Assembly: GCF_000150275.1 (NCBI RefSeq)
Contig: NW_002060945.1
Location: forward strand, 7,817,684 to 7,881,683
Direction: 5' to 3'
DNA from: Trichoplax adhaerens
Lineage: Eukaryota; Animalia; Placozoa
Length of the DNA: 64,000 nt
The notes under the pieces are model-generated. The model worked only from the letters and a program-made list of their open reading frames with translations. It was not told the DNA's origin and searched no databases. The first letter of the stretch is position 1; every line of letters starts with the position of its first letter. Below are positions 56,424 through 64,000 of the stretch, one piece after another. A program made the position numbers and the translations under genes.

Positions 56424-56880
56424 TGTACAGTGTACAGGTTACAGTACGCACTCGAGAATACTGTAGAGGTTGTACTGTACACTGTACGCTACAACGCTAA
56501 CTTCAGTATTGCACAGTGTACAGAATAATCCTACAGTGCTAACTTGCCCTACTCAGTATGAGTACTGTAGAGCTACAGTACAGTACACTGTACACTACAA
56601 CGGTAGCTTCAGTATTATACTGTACAGTGTACAGGACGAGGTCAGAAAAATCCTACAGTGCTAACTTGCCTTACTCAGTATGGGTAGAGCTACAGTACTG
56701 TACTGTATAGTGTACTATATATTGTACTGTACTGCACGGCGTGATTAACTTCGATGCCAAGATGGCGTCGAAAATGTAAAAGTTGCAATTTGTTAACACT
56801 CCTGTTCAAATTTGATCGGTACAGGCTCAGTTTATTTTCCTTCGTACCACCGAAGCCAATCACGCTGTACTGTACTGCAA
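56424..56880. promoter_or_regulatory. ACAGT/ACTGT array with an internal ~80-bp duplication and a YY1-like motif; probable TLK promoter
   Basis: Dense pentamers; aatcctacagtgctaacttgcc.tactcagtatg occurs twice (~56527, ~56649); CAAGATGGCG at ~56758. Confidence 0.5.
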
Positions 56881-57503
56881 TTAAGCCGTATTGTATATCA
56901 ATTGTTCTAAAAATTTTTTAGTGAACTGCAGCTTCCAGAACACCATCCACAAAATAAAATTACAATTAAAAAAATAATAAATAAATGAATTCAATCATGA
57001 CATACTTGAAATCCTGTTACTTTAACAGCCTTCAATCTTTCTGAATCATCGTATCTACGACAGTATATCGTACTGTAGGCCCTTTGCACATTCTCAAGAC
57101 TAATCCCCCAAGCGAGCTGGTTCTGCGCGTAGTTTGAATAGCCTCTACTTTAACCTCAAGTACGACTGATTGTTGCTGTCCTTTTTTGATGTAATGGACT
57201 AAGTGCACATCTGCGTAACTAGACTGACAGAAAACAAAAATGTGTTCTTCTTTATTTCATTTTACAGTTAATTACTCTTTTGGAGGGAGCGAGAAAGGCG
57301 ATTAATGATCAAGATTATCTGCTTCGACGTAAAGTATCAATTCAACTTCATGTTGACGCGCGCGTTAAACAACGCAGCTTAGCTGTAATGGAGTTCACTC
57401 GTGAACAGTGGAATGATTGTTTAGCATTTTATTTTATTCTATAACTGGATTCAGTACCGTGAAATCTCTAGCCTTTAAGTTATGCTATAGAGCATGAGGC
57501 AGC

Positions 57504-57507
<4 letters not shown>

Positions 57508-57538
<31 letters not shown>
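57508..57538. repeat. (TA)n microsatellite
   Basis: About 15 TA units. Confidence 0.95.
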
Positions 57539-57539
<1 letters not shown>

Positions 57540-58181
57540 GAATGCGATACTTGTAAACAATATAGCTGAATGTAAACGTCCATTCAATGAGATTATACGG
57601 TACAGTACTGGTCACATAGAATTTTTAGAATCGTATAATCACAGCTTCAAGACCAATAGCTGTGCTTTTATGTATGGACGATTTCAATTTAAACAGCGTA
57701 TACTCATCATCACTTATGATATATAACTTAAAGCAATTCTCTTACGAATTAGTTGGTTAATACTGATGCATCGATGGACTGACTGAGCAATCTAAAGTTC
57801 CACCTTACGCGTATATGCGTATTCGTATTAAAATGCAGTACTAATAATAAATATACAACGAAAAACTATCAGTAAAATTACAATCAATTACTTAACATAT
57901 CATTAAGAATCCTACTAACGACAGTAGCTTAGTATTCTGAACAAGCACATGCGCTATTTTACAAATAAGTAGAAGGTGTATACTCAAGGACAACATAGAA
58001 ATAAAGATAGAATACTAGCAATAACCTATAATGTAATTTATCCAGCAACACCGAATTTATTTGAACAACTTTTAACGATAACGAATGCAAATGAGTTATC
58101 CTCTCAGCATATTGAGTGGCTGGAATGAAAGCGGCTAGCGATTCTCGTCAAAAGGTGGCTTTCATCTTGAAATCGAGGCAA

Positions 58182-59198
58182 TTAAGCTCTGATAAAGGTG
58201 GATCGTTTAGTACCGGTAATTGGATATTCTGCAGAATCTTGATTATTCCTCCTCCGACGGCATCCACAAAATAAGCCGACAAAAGCTTTGCGAAAATCGC
58301 TACTTAAACAATTATATACCACTGGATTATAAGCGCAAGATAGTACATAAATCGCCTGAGATAAATTAGAATAGAGTATTAGTCCTCCTTTTTCAGCAAA
58401 TGTGCTGTCATCGTCAGCGTTACCGCTAAATGCAATAATTATAAAGTTAATAGCCATAGGCAATGCAGACATCATGTACAGCGCTGTGATAACAAAGCAA
58501 GTAGTAGCAACACGATGATTTCGCTTCTGATGGAGTAGCTCTGTATCTTTTGTCGGATCTCCAGGTATCTTATTATTTAATACGTAGATTCCAATACGAA
58601 TGTAAATATTAGTCATGGTAACTAATGGTATAACGTACAAAACCAATGTAAGACTGATGAAATAACACAGATTAAAAGCACCACTAATTTGCGGTACAAA
58701 GCATTGATAATGAAATTTACTTGGAGCTGTTGTTGTGAATATTTGTGGAATACCGAAAATGAAGCTTAAAAACCATACACCAAATATTAATATTTTCAAT
58801 TTTCGTCGATCTAACCTATTTTCGAACGGTTTAAGAATTGAGTAATATCGTTCAATACTTAACGCAATTAGGAAACTAGTCGAAGCAATGAATGAAAGAA
58901 ACATACAATATGCACTTGTTTTACAAAAAACTTTCGCAAACGTGTTCATCTCTCCACCATTTAAATTCGTCCAAATTTTCCATACTGCCTTGTCTAAGGA
59001 AGAGTAAGCTACAACCATATCAGCAATGGCTAAATTCACAATCAAATAATGAGTTACATTTTGTAATTTTTTTGTCTTGCATATAACAAAGATAACCAGC
59101 ATATTACCTAAACCACCAAATGCGGATATTGACAATAATAATGTCGCCTCCACCAGCCAGTAACTATTTGTACCATTTGAAGAAATGCTGATATTCAT
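58182..59198 (-). CDS. Intronless class A (rhodopsin-like) GPCR, 338 aa, orphan
   Basis: Seven hydrophobic segments; GN (TM1), NLAIAD (TM2), TM3 Cys and ERY, TM5 Pro, YNPVVY and helix 8 FRKAF; N-terminal N-glycosylation sequons. Confidence 0.93.
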   Translation of the reverse strand: MNISISSNGTNSYWLVEATLLLSISAFGGLGNMLVIFVICKTKKLQNVTHYLIVNLAIADMVVAYSSLDKAVWKIWTNLNGGEMNTFAKVFCKTSAYCMFLSFIASTSFLIALSIERYYSILKPFENRLDRRKLKILIFGVWFLSFIFGIPQIFTTTAPSKFHYQCFVPQISGAFNLCYFISLTLVLYVIPLVTMTNIYIRIGIYVLNNKIPGDPTKDTELLHQKRNHRVATTCFVITALYMMSALPMAINFIIIAFSGNADDDSTFAEKGGLILYSNLSQAIYVLSCAYNPVVYNCLSSDFRKAFVGLFCGCRRRRNNQDSAEYPITGTKRSTFIRA

Positions 59199-62111
59199 AT
59201 TGAGAGATGATCAGTAGATCATATGATGAGGTTATATCTTTTCTTAATGATGAAAGATACAGTGGCGCAGTAGGAAAATTTTGCCGATAATTTTAGCCAA
59301 ATTATACTCTATTAAAGACGATAACTTACCAATTTTGGGAATTTGGACATACAAGTATGTTCTGTTATGAAACTTTAGAAGCTACGGCGCTGCATATATT
59401 TGTAATTGCTAATAAAGCAAAAGTCAATGAGCAGATAGTGGCAAATTGTACGTCTTGCTATTATAAAATGATTGATTCCATAGTCGTAGAAACCAAGTTG
59501 AAGTAGAAATGATTGTTTAGACCAATTGTGTATCATCCAGTAACCCAAATACTAGTGCGAGTTTATATCTATACGGATAGTAACTACCTTTTTCAGTGAT
59601 AGCCAAAGATAGCGCTATTAATGTGAGAACGAAAAGAGACCTTGCTTCTTCATAGAACAGTATGTGGTTATTTTCAATTCTAGAGTAGTAATCAAGCCAA
59701 GCTGGCTGTTTCAAGCAAGGTTACGGTAATTTTTCTTAGATTAAAAAAACAATTTCAATTATACAACAATTAGAGGGTAATGAAACATTTGCCTAGCTTC
59801 TTTGGTATGAAAACTAAATTTTCTCAAGTGATTGCCGATATATATAGCAATATGCTAATATGCCTGTATACCTAAGTAGGTCACGAGTATCACAAGAACT
59901 GTTACTATTTATAAAAATTGCTTTGAAGAAAGGAATAGATAATTATAATATGAGAAAATGTATTAAGCATGACTTTCCATTACAGATGTGAGCATCATAT
60001 TACGATATTTACGTAACATGCTAATTAAAATTTTTATTGTTGCATATTTGAAAAGTAGTTAATTTAATTCAGATGCTGTTGGTTATTTTGATAGGATATC
60101 AGATTTACTTCTTCTATTGATTAATTACCCTACTGTGTAAGAAGATTGCATCAGAAAACGAGCTATTGTATCAAAATAATTGCTGCATGAAGAAATACTG
60201 CAGGAAACTGTCGTTTTTGTAATCATTTGTTGCTTAGCTAATTGACTGAAATATCAATTATTACTATCTACGTTTAGGGTGAATATAACGATTTTGTACG
60301 TTAAAAATGTACAAAAATCTTTTAAAATAAGTTACTATTGCTTCATTAATAAAATATCAGTCATTACCACCTAGATTTAAGAAGAATCTAAAGATAATAT
60401 ACGTTAAAAATAGACAAAATCTTATAAGAGAAATTACTATTACTACACCAGTAAAATAGTAAATAGTAAATTGACTACACTAGGGACAGAAATCTTGATA
60501 TAGGATAGGAATTCAGACTTATTACGGCGCTACAATTGCCAATTAGCATAAATTATCGGTTAATTGTTATTACTATTGAGAATTAATTACTCTGGTAATA
60601 TGAAAAGCTCGTTCTAAAATTATAGGAGTAATAATAAATACTGATTATATTTATTATTGCATCACATTTCAATGAAATTTAGGGCATGGCTGCAATTTTA
60701 GTCAATATGATTTAGCTATTAATAATTAGTAACTAACCTTTAAGTGATTGTATAATATTATCTCACGTTTTAATTCAAAATTGACTCAAATTTATCAAGT
60801 TTTGAGTGACAACGGTTGTAGTTTATTTTTGAATAAAATTAGCTATTTAACACTATATAAATCCGTCCTTGACCTTTAAATTTTTCGATGGCGTAAAGCT
60901 ACTTACTTAGTTCGCCAACAATGATAATAATAAAAGCAAGATGATTTAAAAATATACCGTATCGTAGTCTTTGTGAATAAATAAGCTAAAGAGTATTACA
61001 ACTCCTCCTATCATAATTATATACAGTATCATGTAAATCATTTTAATGAAACGAAACTTTCAATCACATTCATTTATAATCATAAAGCTTTTTTTATTAT
61101 AGGGTTAAAGCAGTATAACAGTACTTAAGACTTTCCTATTAAATCTAAGAAAATAGAAAAACTTTAAAATCAAGTTAAAATGTTCAAAGATGCCAAAATT
61201 CATGGAATGTACAACTTGTATACGATCAGTTCTTCAATAGACAATCGGAACACGCTTGAACTGATTGAGTTGGAAAAACACAGCGACTTAACAAATCTTG
61301 TAACTTCGTTTGATGTTACAAAAAGACATCTCTGTGTTTGTTTTGTAAAATCTTATAGAAGATAACATGTTACAGGTTATCGTGTCTCATAATATTAATT
61401 ATTTAACTCTTTCGACAATCTTAAAGTAACGTAAGCAGATATACATGGATAGAATTACAGTATATCTAGAGGAACCCTTTGGATATCAGTAGGCAATCGT
61501 ATTCGATGCAGTCTACCGCAATAGTCGTATTATAATATATAAGCATAGTAGCTGTTATTCCTGGCTTCATAACTAGCTACATGCAATGGAAGAAAACAGT
61601 TTTAAACCTAACATTTCTGATATGATCTATACAACTATTGAACTTCGCCCCGTACTACATACGAGCATCTACAATTTTATGAACCTTACACTCAGATATC
61701 GCGTGAATTCGTAATCTTTATTTTTATTTCACAACACAAATAAGAAGTCAAGATTAAGATCGAAATACATTCTAACACTATTCATGAAGTAGATTTTAAC
61801 TTAGAAATTAAGACCAGATAAGTGACAATTATCTCGTAAGAAAGATCTAACCAACTAATGTACAATAGTATTTTACATTTTACACTGTACCTAATTAATC
61901 TCTACATTAAAGCACAATTACTACTGATTTCTATTGATATCAACGTATCAATTATTTTTTTATACCGACGAGCCTAATAAAATAAGATAGCTGTGACGAT
62001 TACGAATATAGAAACAACAATAAGTCACGGAGCAGCGATGCGAATTCGATATAGAGTTATCACTTGTACTGTATTTGATGTACTTTAAATGCTAAAATTT
62101 GATGAACAGAA

Positions 62112-63104
62112 TTAAAGGCACCACTTAGTAATTCGATTCTCAATTGCATTTCGTTTCTTCTGACTGAGATTTTTGCAAAATACATCTAAAACTGCCTTAC
62201 GAAAATCTTTGCTCAAACAATTGTACATTATTGGATTATAAATACTAGATAGCAAATAAACCATTTGAGCTATTTGAGAAAAGAAATACAAATTTACATC
62301 GGTAAAAGGTAATTTTTTTCCAAATCTATTACCAAAAGCAATGATGAAAAAATTGACTGCTAACGGTAATGTAGAAACCATGTAGAGTACGGTAATAATA
62401 AAACAATTCCGGGCGACACGATGATTTCGTTTTTGATAAAGGATTTTGGCATCATTTGATTGCTCACCTGGCATCGTACTATTTATTGCATACCTGCCAA
62501 TATATGTATATATTATACCCATCGTAATTAACGGTATCACGTACAAAACCAATGCAAGGATGGTAAAATAGATGGAATTAAAGATGCCTCCAATTTTAGG
62601 GATGAAACATTTATTTTCAAACTTTCCAACTACAGCAGTTGTATAAATCTGAGGCAGGCCAATAAATGTACTTATAGACCATATGACGAAAATAATAATC
62701 TTCAGTTTATGCATGCTTAAATGATGCTTTAACGGCCTCTTGATCGAGCTATACCTTTCAATACTTAGAGCTATTAGGGTGTTATTGGATGCTGAATAGG
62801 ATACAAACATAGTTATCGCACTAACTTTACAACAAACTTCGGAAATAGCACTTAGATCTTGAGACACTGTATGGATCCAAATTATCAGCCAAGCTTTGTC
62901 CATACTTGAATTAGCGACCAACATATCGGTTAAGGCTAAGTTTGAGATTAAATAATGCGTAGCATTATGTAGTTTTTTTGTTTTCCATATCACGATAATA
63001 ACTAAACAATTACTGATAAAGCCCAATCCGCTGATAGTCATTAAAATTACAGATTGGAAAATCCACTGATTGTCGGTTATATTTTTGGCAATACTGGTAT
63101 TCAT
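62112..63104 (-). CDS. Intronless class A GPCR, paralog of 58182-59198 (likely start MNTSIAKN at 63104)
   Basis: NLALTD, ALSIERY, LYVIPL, QKRNHRVA and YNPIMYNCLSKDFRKA; colinear with the neighbouring GPCR. Confidence 0.93.
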   Translation of the reverse strand: MNTSIAKNITDNQWIFQSVILMTISGLGFISNCLVIIVIWKTKKLHNATHYLISNLALTDMLVANSSMDKAWLIIWIHTVSQDLSAISEVCCKVSAITMFVSYSASNNTLIALSIERYSSIKRPLKHHLSMHKLKIIIFVIWSISTFIGLPQIYTTAVVGKFENKCFIPKIGGIFNSIYFTILALVLYVIPLITMGIIYTYIGRYAINSTMPGEQSNDAKILYQKRNHRVARNCFIITVLYMVSTLPLAVNFFIIAFGNRFGKKLPFTDVNLYFFSQIAQMVYLLSSIYNPIMYNCLSKDFRKAVLDVFCKNLSQKKRNAIENRITKWCL

Positions 63105-63732
63105 TTTGTGATGAAACTTATAGAATATCAATATAGACTAGTAAAGATAGCGTTAACCTCTTGTTTATTGATAATAACAGTGAATATATTGACGTACTGG
63201 CTATCAAAGAATATCCAACTGGTTTATAATGGCAATGATATTATCTATCTATATAATTACTCTATAAGCTAATGGATGACAATGTTAAATAAAACCTACT
63301 CGCTTAGGTCAATGAATATATGTCTACACTTCAATGTGGCAATATTACCAATCAAATGGATACGATGTGTCTTGCGTAAAATATTTTCATTGCCGAAATA
63401 GGAAATTCACAGCAGTAAAGCAATTGGCCTTAATCTCACTCTGTCACCGCTGAGCGAAAAACTATACCAAATAACCAATGTAGTTATTTCGCTTGGCATA
63501 GAGAAATCACACGTGTAAACTCGACATCTACCATTACAGCCGAAAAGAGCAGAATTCACAAGATAGAAAATCAGAATAGCTTAAATTCGCCAAGCAGTTG
63601 TTCTGTTATTCCTTAATTGGTATAATTTTTATGAACTTAACGGCAAGGATATCATCCGAAAAGACTTTTAAACAGAGATTTATAGATGTTATTGATCTTA
63701 GCTATAGTCTACCTTTTTAGTGAATGTTCAGT

Positions 63733-63757
63733 TTAATTAATTAATTAATTAATTAAT
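63733..63757. repeat. (TTAA)n microsatellite
   Basis: ttaattaattaattaattaattaat. Confidence 0.9.
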
Positions 63758-64000
63758 CATGTGTCAATTAGCAGTAAATTGTTACTAGTGGAGACCTAAT
63801 CTTACTCAAATAGCGAAATATAATTCATCTTGATTCGTACAAACTAAGTTATGCACGATATTCATTAGTATGATATTTAGAGGATATTTATGGTTAACTT
63901 CACTCGAAACTCTTCGGATGTACTCAGTTAATACTAGAAATAGAAAACGGCTTAATAAAACATTTTTATCTTTATATTAGTAGTAAATTAACGATTCAGT

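Noticed and set aside
58126-58167. ATGAAAGC...GCTTTCAT hairpin after the GPCR stop as a possible SECIS
   Set aside because: Only an 8-bp stem, no SECIS quartet geometry, and the gene has no in-frame TGA.
58182-63104. GPCRs as opsins
   Set aside because: No TM7 Schiff-base lysine.

Overview
AT-rich, intron-dense animal genomic DNA with short introns, about 5 kb per gene and one 50-N assembly gap. The compact architecture suggests an early-branching metazoan such as the placozoan Trichoplax (inference, not verified). Reading spliced exons by hand gives 13 protein-coding genes: the 3' end of a cysteine synthase lacking CBS domains (+), peroxisomal thiolase ACAA1 with a PTS2 (-), two tandem p23/PTGES3 co-chaperones (-), TEX10/Ipi1 (+), SWEET/SLC50A1 (-), SPC25 (+), DCTN2 (-), two tandem CD-M6PR/ATG27-like MRH receptors (+), a tousled-like kinase (-) and two intronless class A GPCRs (-). 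Most short ORFs in the track are exon fragments or spurious. The most striking unexplained pattern is dense, strand-switching (ACAGT)n/(ACTGT)n pentamer arrays that sit upstream of the housekeeping genes and are absent upstream of the GPCRs. One array carries a 4-copy hairpin/palindrome cassette. The tandem paralogs also show specific divergence: p23 copy B has lost a splice acceptor and its client-binding tail motif, and M6PR-like copy 1 has lost a mannose-binding Glu. Exon boundaries were read by eye and may be off by a few bases.
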